Source of the DNA: a virus
Lineage: Duplodnaviria; Caudoviricetes
DNA: 31,040 nucleotides
Strand: one strand, 5' to 3'
IMG/VR virus record: IMGVR_UViG_3300027774_000007
Span: 1 to 31,040 of that record
In this document: one piece after another, positions 13,501-22,000 of the stretch
Position numbering within the stretch: the stretch's first letter is position 1
How the letters are laid out: every line of letters starts with the position of its first letter
Translations under genes and position numbers: made by a program
The notes under the pieces: model-generated
Database searches by the model: none
What the model was told of the DNA's origin: nothing
The model's input: the letters and a program-made list of their open reading frames with translations, nothing else

Positions 13501-14484
13501 AACAGTGGCGGTATTGGATATTCAACTTCAGTAACACCAAAAGTTATTGCATTCGCTCATAAACCAGTAACTGAATTAATTGAGTCTATTGATACTTCAA
13601 GTGCTGATTTTGCTGGATTCTCTGGAATTGTAACTGGTATTTCAACAGTTATGATAGGGTCAACTATGGGACTTAAGTTTGGTTTATCAAGATCTGGTGC
13701 ATTTACTAATCTTAAAGAAACTATGCCAATCTATATCTCCGATACATCAGTTGGTCATGGAGTTACCAGTTTGAATGAGAGTGGTGTAGATACAGATGTT
13801 GTTGCAATAGGTAAAACGTTTGTTGATAATGTTTACATGATTAAAAATATTAATAGACACTCGAATGCTGCAGAGATTGAAGTTAATGTTCATTCAGGAA
13901 TTAATACTAATGGTATTGATTTAGCAAAAACTAATTTACCATTCACTATCACATTTGGAAGTGTTGGATCTGGAAACACATCATACATAACCAGTGGAAA
14001 ACATAGAGGTGAATTTAGCACACAACCTACTTTATCAAATGTGCATAATCCAACAATATATGTTGAAAAAGGTGATGTATTGAGTATAGTAAATAGCACT
14101 GGTGGACACGCATTTACACTTAAGAGAATATTAGGTGGATCAAACTTCACATCTGGAGTAACAGGATCTGGAGCAGGTACACTTGTTTTTGATACTGCAC
14201 AAATTGGAACAGGTAGCACTTCGTTCTTCTATCAGTGTACAAATCATCCAAACGCGATGTATGGGCAAATTATTGTTAAAGATATAGAAAAGGGTAAGTT
14301 TTCTTTTGGAGTTCTAACACCTGCATCTGGAAATTTTGTAAGAAATAATCCTATCGCAATTGGAATTACTGGAAACACTGTAATTGCAGGTGAAGGACTC
14401 GGTATTTCAACATATCCAACTATCCAAAGACGAGGTTTTGGTTTCCGTGATAGTGGTGCGATAAAGAGGTCTCATACACCATGA
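1573..14484 (+). CDS. gp7: Giant baseplate wedge initiator, T4 gp7-like multidomain structural protein (4303 aa)
   Basis: Sits between gp6 and gp8 with an ATGA overlap. Cyanophage gp7-type N-terminus (QLPEFI...FLKQYY; SLYKSKGTEESFRILFNVLYG) and internal wedge motif (DNDYHQNLSYTIQS...VNRLLHTSGLKNF). Many repeated beta-rich modules. Confidence 0.82.
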   Translation: MIGTGIDKRIQVQQIIEHQLPEFIRTESPLAVDFLKQYYISQEHRGGVIDLTDNLDQYIKLDNLTPEVIVGVTTLTSGISVSDTTINVSSTKGFPNEYGLFKIDDEIITYTGITTNSFTGCVRGFCGITSYSDPVNKGELVFSTSIADTHNTTSNVENLSVLFLKEFYQKVKSYITPGLEDTKLSEKVDISNFIKESKSLYKSKGTEESFRILFNVLYGITPKIVDLENRLIKPSSAEYIRREVVVAERITGDPNKLIGQTITKSTDLSTSGSVSEVEIFSRSGNLGITTYYKLNLFVGYDERSAIQGTFTIPGKTRIIEDAPINSNVLTVDSTVGFGTTGTVVTNGVNGINTITYGDKSINQFLLCTGIGNSIRSTDDLRSDEFIFGYENGDLTKRVELRITGVLSDFELLPTSGSSVTLEGEKITVKNLGEEIPNPTLPSDKSRKTVFFNSWIYNTASRIKLDIPATTPLQGTTSDFDHKSKIDKSQLKTGDKVSVFRRGEFIPIKTDVDVTVGTNDIGLGVSFTNDGITEYDIQRQLKKAVAASDIDLEFGNNIITTDVQNTYNDEDENYYVASSSMPSYTIEKKVIKETLGSITGIGTSAVYSSSGIPQADFFGTGSGNFQLLDRNLTTGLYSKLQFNSAVDFITGDAVVYLPSEEPLVGLSTNTIYFVERLNSNTTSNNILRLYPSRSFITVTNIDASNPPYIEFDNSNQTSSTAEHKFVLLRHRNEQIGVQKVLRKFPADVNIKSGESVKTEPGTTGILKNGVEIANYKSLDKIYFGPLSDFKILNQGKNFDVINIPTVSIPSPGTGTTALVQPVVSGSIKEVLVDQQHFDVEKVMSVTITGGNGSGAVLKPVVTKRQREIEFDGRLKSVQGGVDQINDIIEFKRPHNLENGEPLVYSNNGNLSIGIGTFLGANTSQNKTLVNGATYYPQVVGISSVHLYEKFSDYVAGINTVGFTVENTAGTHKFTFLNLKNHLKAVKVIDTGSNYTNRRLIIKPVGIHTVDNSINFKNHGFNTGDLVQYAPSSGNASHAPVGLGITTRYRVLKLDNDKFRLVDVGIGATDPNSNFLRKNFQRISQVFTSSNHEFFYEPIVVRVDAIYSPVSAGRTEGLVITPKIRGQLIDGYLHEPGSNYGSEILNFEKKPNIKILNGKEAELRAIIFDGKIIGCDVMFGGKEYTSAPDLDLVGIGTGIGGKLRAVVTDGKITDVKVINPGIGYTVSPDIKVTPNGSGFIVDSAVRNLTVNNLVRFGDEILLREAETNLQYSVVGYSNKIQTAFSDLATTPQLHSPIIGWAYDGNPIYGPYGYSEADNNNSISRIITSGYDLDITEVINRPPTSSFSAGFFIEDYKFTNSGDLDQSNGRYCKTPDFPNGTYAYFAGINTTTTQPEFPYFIGDTFRSDPIDDNFSLTQSIFDFNNSNLTRNSLPYKLDDDNADYNFVIESYEINQQTSIIESVTSGNINDFQIVSAGSDFKVEDSLNFDNSNTEGGGAAAKVSSVQGKEVDNVTVGITTYNDVVLVRGGNGTVSGFISTTHTLNTSDTVVISGLTTSIPKLTGSHKIGVSSESTVLYKDVPANATAGIITDIYLARIPNSVSVGSSIGIGTEKLLVLNVFEERSILRVKRGIVGSANTASHVLGSLVQTIPQIIDIESTNIGEFVSKKNDIVYFNPAEAVGVAVTSGRTVSIGKSYTIGELAQVISIPAKGIFLPNHPFKDNQEVILRKPSGAATQFTIGLGDRFQVGADFNLPSSGNSQTVYIRKFSDDVVGLALTVNTTPVFFKTGNFNNFEYSIESNYPQVKGKVERITVNVGIATVSVGSTLHGLKNNDNIELEVLSTQTKGVGAGATSVVVKYSAQNDKLLINPTIFTNSSVNTNSINIANHGFKTGQKLFYDGSPATGLTSQRTYFVYKTDDSNFQLAETRYDVINEPPKVVNITANSGGTQELSLVNPPLEIVRNDNLLFYVSDPSLSGYNLNFYFDKQFKNRFVSAGSTIDFGVTGVGTVGVGTTSTVTLRFDKTNPEKIFYTLEKTGFISTSDPDVKDASCISYIDSEYSGNYVAFGVTTGGFNISLNDVPEQGSYTAGAAATITYDTSSLTATGGISKINLTSGGFGYKNVPGVRNVTSVNGTGENILCLSQNINNINTVRITDPGFDYHSDKTLRPEARLSPTVTLINSDSITNITISDGGSNYTDAPDLVIVDPDTGKLTADQGVIQLKLSASSLGDVNILESPRGLTSKPQILRTINNTNGYRVTEVESSNSGIVTCVLKTPINGFATPQFTAGEQIFVENIGIGTIGDGLNSADNGFVFFDVVEYNNTDPAIVKFELPKTATNPGIAASTQNFATIIKFNDYPKFTVTQRTSEFRTGEKLAVKVNNVFISTGLIVIDNRPDEFIKIEGRYEVIVGDVIRGENSGTIATINSIVNNKGRFTIDYSLRQDKGWNDEIGRLSEDFMVLADNDYHQNLSYTIQSPKTFDEIIDPVNRLLHTSGLKNFADTGISSRASVGIAITNATVVSADVITEQRVDAINNFDLGRDIDTISNGSKSKFIQLVNTKLANFVRCNTNRVLKIDDISNEFSDSEANLTGNVSIPIQETFARFLIQSRNISNGEIQVDDVVIFNDNTDTFTFEKNSIVSTASTIVEVQGKTVNGSRNLVISPLDPNNDDIDIKVYKNSFNEQNLRSGTQSIGFVNLVGLSTVVSVGTTAEPIAVGSTTSVDAFYATIEVVNTDSGEKNHVDIYATHDGTDSFYSEYYADTSSNNNFSSNFIGTFRSRIHNNVLSLDFDNSVGVASTVRINAKVIGFNTTGGNDVFRFKDNAQPAGAERTINLRSGITTRTNTANFISLDKNNFSAVKSVVRIKSATASAVHQVLAIHDGTDTHTIHYPFISIGSTSGIGTFSSNLTASNFVVKFHPDSGTGSHTVQHFSEEIYRDIDILNTPPTLGYGRVNESLTAFQYNAVNGIRSNKKQFTLKHNTIPIYEKGFDPEDTSKLNRSTGVFTIPNHFFSENEELIYTPLSTFAGVGATALQMSGGSDLPTTVFVKKIDNSSFKLATSSGGSAVTFTSVGAGNSHRLTMAKRTEKSVLVIDGIIQSPMSFTPVTTTLVNNAGSGISTTTTDFCVNSTADINLGDHLKFSDEFMLVTSVGIATTTTGPVSGIGTFNIIGVDRGALGTLAASHNNSSVGRVFSGSFNIIGSDVFFTNAPRGTNNIARNLSNLETPRSVFQGRTYLRKTYTNNRIFDDISTEFTGVGATFRMKVGGANTTGISTGSSLVLINGIFQKPTTENNLSNNYVFVGVGTTAQDIEFTGISSFGTNNQIISEADVNQNRLPRGGKVVSLGSTGGLGVAPLVGAAVTGVLNQFGVITSVGIGSTVYNQSVSPSRPPETLTFGSGYRPVGGTVAIGITDLAYEHRFVSAGVGSIRTNASGSNIFAATQRTATDATYISHTGLLTLTIGSGHGLSVGNFVGIDTGSLVFTCSRDDFASNHAYPRALSKTTGLPDPIAGIATIITAVTTNTITAFIGFGGGAGTGASATGNIGIGGTLDINIGAGGTNYVNPRFQFPQPNYENMEIMGVSRDGIASTVTGSNLLVTLNVGASSTVGIGSTLFEITSFEIARDGYAFKRGDKIKPVGLVTARGANLEDYILEVTEIYNDKFTSWDFGEFDFIDPIVNLQDGERTRFPLRVNGELLSFDVGQTVDSQQIDMNALLIIYVNNVLQNPGEAYSFGGGTTFEFTTAPEQNDDIAIFFYKGTASEDIEEVNVVETIKNGDVVRLQANDDTSILTNQNTRRLIDLEQRKRTVSGITTTDTLETEIYTGVGINDSATNKPLTWIKQKEDKVVNGIVVSKARDSIEPLIYPTARIIGDIGAGTTNKIYVDDANFFQYEANEDSAVNDINFDGLIVNDTNPISASFTATVSTAGTISAIAVVDGGSGYVGNSTSVHISQPPVPMKVSPVATGIGSTAIATANITNGTITSVTINSGGIGYSTSVTPKVIAFAHKPVTELIESIDTSSADFAGFSGIVTGISTVMIGSTMGLKFGLSRSGAFTNLKETMPIYISDTSVGHGVTSLNESGVDTDVVAIGKTFVDNVYMIKNINRHSNAAEIEVNVHSGINTNGIDLAKTNLPFTITFGSVGSGNTSYITSGKHRGEFSTQPTLSNVHNPTIYVEKGDVLSIVNSTGGHAFTLKRILGGSNFTSGVTGSGAGTLVFDTAQIGTGSTSFFYQCTNHPNAMYGQIIVKDIEKGKFSFGVLTPASGNFVRNNPIAIGITGNTVIAGEGLGISTYPTIQRRGFGFRDSGAIKRSHTP

Positions 14485-14494
14485 CGATTTCCTG

Positions 14495-14502
14495 TATAAA
14501 TA
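14495..14502 (+). promoter_or_regulatory. T4-type late promoter (gp55 sigma), TATAAATA
   Basis: Exact consensus in the 37-bp gap between the gp7 stop and the gp8 ATG at 14522. Confidence 0.88.
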
Positions 14503-14521
14503 TAGAAAAAAACATATAATA

Positions 14522-16078
14522 ATGCCAGCAATTGTTACAGACCAATTCAGAATATTAAATGCAAGTAATTTTGTTGCAGGAGTTTCTTCGTCTACCAATT
14601 CATATTACATTTCTCTAGGTTTACCTAATCCTCAACCAGCATCAGTTGGTTTTGGAAGGGCAAATAATTGGAATACTGCTACTCCAAATCCAGTAGATAG
14701 TTTTTCAGATATTGGACATGTCGGTGATACAACACAATTTGGTAAGAGAGTTACAGAAGCAAATGTGAGAAGATTAGTTCGTCGAATTGATTGGACTAAA
14801 GGAATTAAGTACGATATGTATCGTCAAGATTACAGCACAACAAATAGTGCTCCAAATAGTGGGGCAACACGTTTATATGCTGCAAACTACTATGTGATGA
14901 ATAGTAATTTTAACGTTTATATTTGTATCGAGAATGGATCATCAGGGATAAATACCACAGGTAATGCGTCTGAGGATGAACCAACATTTACTGATCTAGA
15001 ACCATCAAAGGCTGGAGAAAGTCAAGATGGATATGTTTGGAAATACCTGTTTACTGTAAATCCAAGTGATATCATAAAATTTGACTCGACTGATTTTATT
15101 GCTCTACCAAATAATTGGAATACAAGCACTGATGCACAAATACAAGCAGTTCGTGAAAATGGTGATTCAGATATAAACAATAACCAAATCAAAACTGTCT
15201 ATATTGCCGATCAAGGAGATAATTATACTACGACTGGTGGAGAATTTAATATATTAGGTGACGGAACTGGTGGAAAAGTTGTTGTTGAAGTTTCTGGTAA
15301 AAAAATAACTAAATGCACAGTTTCAAATGGTGGTAAAGGGTATACTTATGGAGTTGTTGATTTAGGAACAATTAATAGTGGTGCGGTTGCTGGAAGCACC
15401 CCTGCTAAATTGATTCCAATCATTCCACCTTCAAAAGGACATGGATTTGATTTGTATAAAGAACTTGGAGCAGATCGTGTTCTTGTTTATGCACGATTTG
15501 ATGATTCTACAAAAGATTTTCCAATCGATGCTGAGTTTGCACAAGTTTCATTAGTTAAAAATCCAACATCCTTTGGAACAACTTCAATTTATACAGGCAG
15601 TACCTTCTCTGCTTTGAAATCAATTAAATTCTCAACAATAGCAGGAACACCAGCAGTTGGTGGAATTTTACAACAAACTGTAGGAACAGGGCAAACTGCA
15701 TTTGGATATATTAGTTCATATGATAGTGATGTGAATGTGATTAAATATATTCAAGATAGATCATTATATTTTGGTAATAGAAATGATCAAACTGATTATG
15801 CAAACGTAACTAATGGGTCGCAGCAATTTGATTTTGTATCTACTACAAGTCAAGTTGCGTTTCCCGGAGGAAGTGGATCAGTTGAAACTACATTTAGTTC
15901 AGGTATCACAACTGATGTGAACAATAACAATGTTGCTTTAGGTGTTTCATTCACGAGTGGTCTTGCTTCACCTGAGATAAATAAAGGGTCAGGTGATTTA
16001 TTATACATTGACAATAGAGCAAAAATCTCAAGAAATTTGAGACAAAAGGAAGACATTAAAATTATTCTGGAATTTTAA
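14522..16078 (+). CDS. gp8: Baseplate wedge subunit, T4 gp8-like
   Basis: Motifs RRIDWTKGIKYDMYR, YYVMNSNFNVYICIENG, DGYVWKYLFTV, GHGFDLYKELGA and C-terminal LYIDNR...QKEDIKIILEF, plus synteny. Confidence 0.93.
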   Translation: MPAIVTDQFRILNASNFVAGVSSSTNSYYISLGLPNPQPASVGFGRANNWNTATPNPVDSFSDIGHVGDTTQFGKRVTEANVRRLVRRIDWTKGIKYDMYRQDYSTTNSAPNSGATRLYAANYYVMNSNFNVYICIENGSSGINTTGNASEDEPTFTDLEPSKAGESQDGYVWKYLFTVNPSDIIKFDSTDFIALPNNWNTSTDAQIQAVRENGDSDINNNQIKTVYIADQGDNYTTTGGEFNILGDGTGGKVVVEVSGKKITKCTVSNGGKGYTYGVVDLGTINSGAVAGSTPAKLIPIIPPSKGHGFDLYKELGADRVLVYARFDDSTKDFPIDAEFAQVSLVKNPTSFGTTSIYTGSTFSALKSIKFSTIAGTPAVGGILQQTVGTGQTAFGYISSYDSDVNVIKYIQDRSLYFGNRNDQTDYANVTNGSQQFDFVSTTSQVAFPGGSGSVETTFSSGITTDVNNNNVALGVSFTSGLASPEINKGSGDLLYIDNRAKISRNLRQKEDIKIILEF

Positions 16079-16081
16079 AAA

Positions 16082-19000
16082 ATGCCACAAAAAACGAATT
16101 TAAATATAAGTCCATATTACGACGATTTTTCCAAGGATAATCAGTTTTATAGAGTTCTGTTCAATCCGGGTAGACCAGTACAAGCTCGTGAATTGACGAC
16201 TTTACAATCAATACTACAGGATCAAGTTGAGTCATTCGGTAGTCATATGTTTAAAGAGGGATCAATGGTTATCCCCGGAAATTCAAGTTATGACTATGAA
16301 TATTATTCAATTAAATTGCAAAGTGATCATTTAGGTGTTCCTGTATCTTTGTATGTTGATAATTTAAAAGGAAAAACATTAAAAGGGCAAGATACTGGCA
16401 TAAGGATAAAAGTTGATAACTATGCACTTCCTGAAGATTCGAGTGAGATTACTGATTTAACACTATTTGTCAAATATATCGATTCTGGTGATACAAATGA
16501 AGTATCATTCATGGCAGATGGAGAAAATTTAATTTTAGAAGAGACATTCATATATGGTAATACACAAATAACCGCTGGAGAGACAGTTGCATCTCTAATA
16601 GATCAAGATGCATCTAAAGTAGGATCAGCAGTTTCTATCGCTGATGGTGTGTTCTTTATACGTGGTCATTTTGTAAATGTTTCTGCTGATAAAATTGTTC
16701 TTGATCCATATTCAAACGTACCAAATTATAGAGTTGGACTTTTTATTGAAGAGGAAATAGTTCAAGCGAAGGATGATTCCTCATTATTTGATAATGCACG
16801 AGGATTCTCTAACTTTGCAGCACCCGGTGCAGATAGATTAAAAATAAAAACCACTCTAACAAAAAAACCATTAACAGACTACAATGATAAGAATTTTATT
16901 GAATTAATTCGTCTTGATGATGGACAACTTAAGAAAAATGAACAAAAACCAGATTATGCATTAATAAAAGACTATTTTGCAAAAAGAACTTATGAAGAAT
17001 CTGGAAATTATTCAGTTGGCAATTTCAAAGTTGAAGTTGCAGAATGTTTGAATGATGGTGTATCAAATGAAGGAGTATATTTATCAAACGAAAAGACAGA
17101 TCAAAGAAATACTCCCGAAGAACCTTTAATGTGTGTAAAGGTATCACCCGGAAAAGCATATGTTAGAGGTCATGATATAGAAAAATCTGGAACATCGGTC
17201 ATTGATGTTGATAAACCAAGAGATAAAGAAGAATTTAAAGATGCTAAAGTTAATTTTAAACTTGGAACTTTATTCAAATTAAATAATGTTCACGGAACAC
17301 CAGTATTAGGATTAAACAATAATCTTGCAAATTCAACTATTTCTTTGAGATCTCAAAGAAAGGGTACTGGTACTAATCCAACTCCTAATGGCAGTGAAAT
17401 TGGTAGAGCAAGGACATACGCATTTGAAAATACTGATGCTGCTTTCAAAGATGCAACAACTCAATTTGATCTTTACTTATATGATGTTCAATTATATACA
17501 CGTTTAACAGTAAATGTTGCATTATCTAATGCTGAACTACCTGTTACTAGTTTCGTTGAGGGATTAAGTAGTGGTGCAACAGGATTTGCAACATCACAAG
17601 GTGGTGGATTAGCATTTATTAATTTAGATCAAGTATCAGGAACATTTATTGTAGGTGAAAAAATTAGAATAAATGGTGATGATTCATTAATTAGATCCGT
17701 TACAACTGTTCAAAAATTTGGTCTTGAGGACATAAAGTCAGTTCATCAAGAAGATACATTCATATCAGGTGCTGATTTTTCTGGTGATTTAGTATTACAA
17801 TCAAAAGTTATAAAGGAATTAGGAATTGGAGATGAAGTTAACATAAGTGCATCAAGTGTATTAACATGTGCTGGTAAGACATTTGGATCTTTAAAGGTAA
17901 ATGATATCATTATTATTAACTTAACTACAGACGCATCACCAAGATTCAATCGAGTTAGTGCTATTTCTCCTGATCTTAAATCAGTTACATTAGCAGCGAC
18001 AAATACTGTAACAGGTGTTAATATTGGAACTGCACTGGCAAGTGTTTCACCAACAGGTGTTCATGTTGCTCGTCCACAAATATTTTTGAATGATACTGGA
18101 TTATATGCTGAACTTCAAAAGAAAAATGTTTCTGATGTATCATTAGCACAATCCAAATTATTAATTAAATCACAGGTTGAAAAAAGTGCATCTTCTAATA
18201 CTTTAACTGTAAGTGTTTCTGATTTAACAGATGTAACGAGTGCATCTTTTGTACCGTATGATGGTGATCGTTATAGTATATCTAAAAAGACAGCATCTGA
18301 TACCACTCATCAGGTACTAGAAGAAAGTCAAGTGGTAATGGGTGCTAATAATCAGTCAATTACATTCAATAATATTTCAAATGGTGCAAAAGTTGTTAAT
18401 GTAACTCTTGAAAAAGATATTATTTCACAAAAAACTAAAAATGTTTCTAGAAGTAATAGTTTAATAGTAAATGATTCAAATCAAGTCGGTATAGCAACTA
18501 ATGGTTTAACTCACAGTAAAGCTTATGGATTAAGAGTTCAAGATAAGGAAATATCTTTAAATACACCAGATGTCTTTAATGTTGTTGGTATATTTGAATC
18601 AGTCAATTTAGCTGATCCAGTATTAGACAAGTTAGTTTTTGTGAGTGGTTTATCATTAAATACGAATACAGTTTTGGGTGAAAAAATTAAAGGTGCAACA
18701 AGTGGTGCTGTTGCGGTTTTGGTAGGGCAAACAAGTGCCACAACTGTTGAAATTGTAAGACTCACTCAATCAAAATTTATTATTGGTGAATCTATAACGT
18801 TTGAGGAATCAAGCATAACTACAAATCTACAAGGAACTATTGCAGGTTTATTTTTAAATGTTACATCAAATTATGTTCTTGATGATGGTCAAAGAGATGA
18901 ATATGCTGATTATTCTCGTATTGTAAGAAAAGATGGTGCAACAGTTCCATCAAGAAGAATAAGAGTTATTTTCGATAAATTTACAGTTCCTGCTAATGAT

Positions 19001-22000
19001 ACTGGTGATGTATTTGCAGTAGGATCATATTCTGCAAATAATTTTAAAGATGTTCCATTACTTAGAAATGGATTAAGAGCGAGTGATACCTTAGATTTTA
19101 GACCAAGAGTTGCTGATCACACTGGAAGTGCATCACCTTTTGCTTTTGGATCAAGAGTATTCAGCACTTCAGGTACTAATCCAACATTAGTTCCTGCACC
19201 AAACGAGTCATCAACTCTTGATTTTAAATTCTATCTACCTAGAATTGACAAATTAATTTTAGATGCAGGTGATCCCACAGGGAATGCTTACACACAAGGT
19301 GAATTTCAAATTATTAAAGGTGTTTCATCTCAGAATCCTGTCGTCCCAGATGACGTAGAAACTGCAATGACGATCGGAACTATTGAAGTTCCTGCATATC
19401 TCTATAATACTAAAGATGCTGTAATTACACTTATAGATAATCGTCGTTACACGATGAGAGATATTGGTGGTTTAGAAGATAGAATTGAATCTCTTGAAAA
19501 ACTCACATCCTTATCATTACTTGAATTGGATACAAAAGCACTTCAAATACAAGATGCTGATGGATTATCAAGATTTAAAACAGGATTTTTTGTAGATGAT
19601 TTTAAAGATACTAATTTATTAGATCGTAATAATCCTGATTGTAAGTGTGATATAATTGCAAGTGCACAAAATTTAGTAACTCCCACTGATTTTTACACAG
19701 TCAAACCTGAATTAGCTCTTGATAATTCTTTGAATCCAAGCACTGCTGATTTTTCAGATAATTTGGCACTTTTAGATTCTGGAGTTAGAAAAACTGGAGA
19801 TTTAATTACACTTGATTATGATGAAGTAACCATGTTGGAGCAACCTCTTGCTTCACGAGTTGAAAATGTAAACCCATTTAATATCGTCACTTTTAGAGGA
19901 AGAATGATATTAAATCCAGCAGCGGATACTTGGACACGAAATGTTATATTAGATAATGGAACAAGAACTGTATTAGGTGATGTTGAGGAAACATTTACAA
20001 ATGATCGTATAGTAAGTAGCGAACCTGACACACACATTAGATCTCGAAATGTAGCTTTTGATGCAAGTGGTGTTAAACCCACTACAAGATTTTATGCATT
20101 CTTTGATAGTGCCTCTGGTATTGATGTTATTCCAAAATTGATTGAAGTATCAATGGATTCTGGTTCTTTTGATATTAATGAAACTATTGAAGGATTTGAT
20201 GGTGCAGATCGTGTATTTGCAGCGAGATCATGTGCACCAAATCATAAAACAGGAAGTATAAGTTCTCCAACTACAGTTTATACTAATAATCCATATAATT
20301 CTGCACTTACTTTACCGAGTTTATATTCATCTTCATCAACTGTTTTGAATATTGATATTGCTGGATTGGTAGAAGAAGCACAGGGTAGATTTTTTGGTTA
20401 TATTGAAACAGGTCTTAAATTAGTTGGAAGCACAAGTGGTGCAACTGCTACAGTTTCTAATATACGATTGATATCTGATAGTGTAGGTGATTTGAAAGGA
20501 TCATTCTTCTTCCGTGATCCCTTGGGAACACCAGTCCCACAGTTAAGATTTGAAAATGGCACAAAAACATTTAAGTTGACATCAAGTTCAGATAATGGAA
20601 GACCATTACTTGGTGATCCATCCATAAGTGAAGTTGAGCAGGTATATCGTACAAGCGGTCAAGTAGATACATTTAGACAATCAACAGTTGTTGTTCGTAT
20701 TCCACCACCACCCCCACAACCAGTTGTTTTCAATATTACTAATGAATTCATTACAAATGAAATTACTAATGTAACTAACGTCACTGAAGTAACAAATGTT
20801 ACTAATGTAACTAATAATATTACTAATGTTAGAAATGTTACAGAGGTTATTAGAAGAAGAAGGCATGTATTTGATGATGACCCTCTCGCACAGTCATTTA
20901 CTGTAGATGGAACTGGTGCATTTTTAACAGCTGTTGATTTATATTTCAGATCAAAGGATGTAAAAGAACAGTTAACAATTCAAGTTAGAACTGTTGAATT
21001 GGGTACTCCCACTCTGATTCTACTTCAAGATTTTGCTCAAGTTGTTTTAGAACCATCTCAAGTTAATGTATCTGAGGATGCCTCTGTACCGACTAAAGTT
21101 ACATTCCCATCACCAATTTACCTTGAAGGTGGGCAGCAATACGCTGTGGTTCTTCTGGCTCCTTCTAGTAACAACTATGAAGCATGGTTAGGAAGAATGG
21201 GTGAACCAACAATTGAAACTCAAAGTTTACCTGATGCTGAGAGTATTGTTATTTCTAAACAGTATATTGGTGGTAGTTTATTTAAGTCACAAAACGGTTC
21301 AATTTGGACTGCAAGTCAATTTGAGGATCTTAAATTTAAATTATATAAGGCAGACTTCTCTAAATCGAGAGATGCCGAAGTCATTTTCTATAATCCAGAA
21401 TTGAATTATGAAAGTAGTTTAGTTCCAACTTTAAAAAATAATGCAATCAGAACTTTACCAAGAAAGATGAAGGTGAAGATTGATACAGGTGCTACAGCAT
21501 CTGAAATTGCGGTTGGTAAGAGAATTGCTGCAGGTATTGCTGGTATTCATACAACACCAAATGGAATTGTTGAAAGACTTGGTGGTGTTGTTTCTGCTGA
21601 ATCACTTGAAGCAGGTGGATCTGGATATAAGGCGAGTCTCTCTGGTCAAACTGTAAGCACATTCAATGTCACTGGTGGTGGAACAGGATTAACATTAAAT
21701 GTAAGTTCTGGATCAGATGGAGTTATAACAGGTGCAGCAATAAATGCTGCTGGAACTGGTTATTCTGTTGGTGATTTGGTTGGTATTGTAACATCTACTC
21801 TTGGTGCTGGACAACAATCTGGATCTGGAGCATTATTCTCTATTGATTCTATTTCTGCAACTGATACTTTGTATCTTACAAACGTTCAGGGACAGACATT
21901 TTCAAACAATGCTGCGCTTCTCCATCATAATGGAACTCAATTTGTTGCTTTAACAGGAAACAAACAAGTTGATGGAACTGTAAATACTTCAATTGACGCA

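Noticed and set aside
15976-15983. GATAAATA (also at 14947-14954) as internal late promoters
   Set aside because: Both are coding (Ile-Asn), mismatch the consensus and lie about 100 bp or more from a start. Such matches are expected by chance in AT-rich DNA.
16073-16084. gp8 and the VrlC-like gene are in frame, separated only by TAA AAA (possible readthrough fusion)
   Set aside because: TAA is an efficient stop, no stimulatory structure is visible, and both proteins have their typical termini.
20732-20850. Tandem repeat as a CRISPR array or regulatory repeat
   Set aside because: The units are degenerate 9-mers without spacers, in frame within a CDS.
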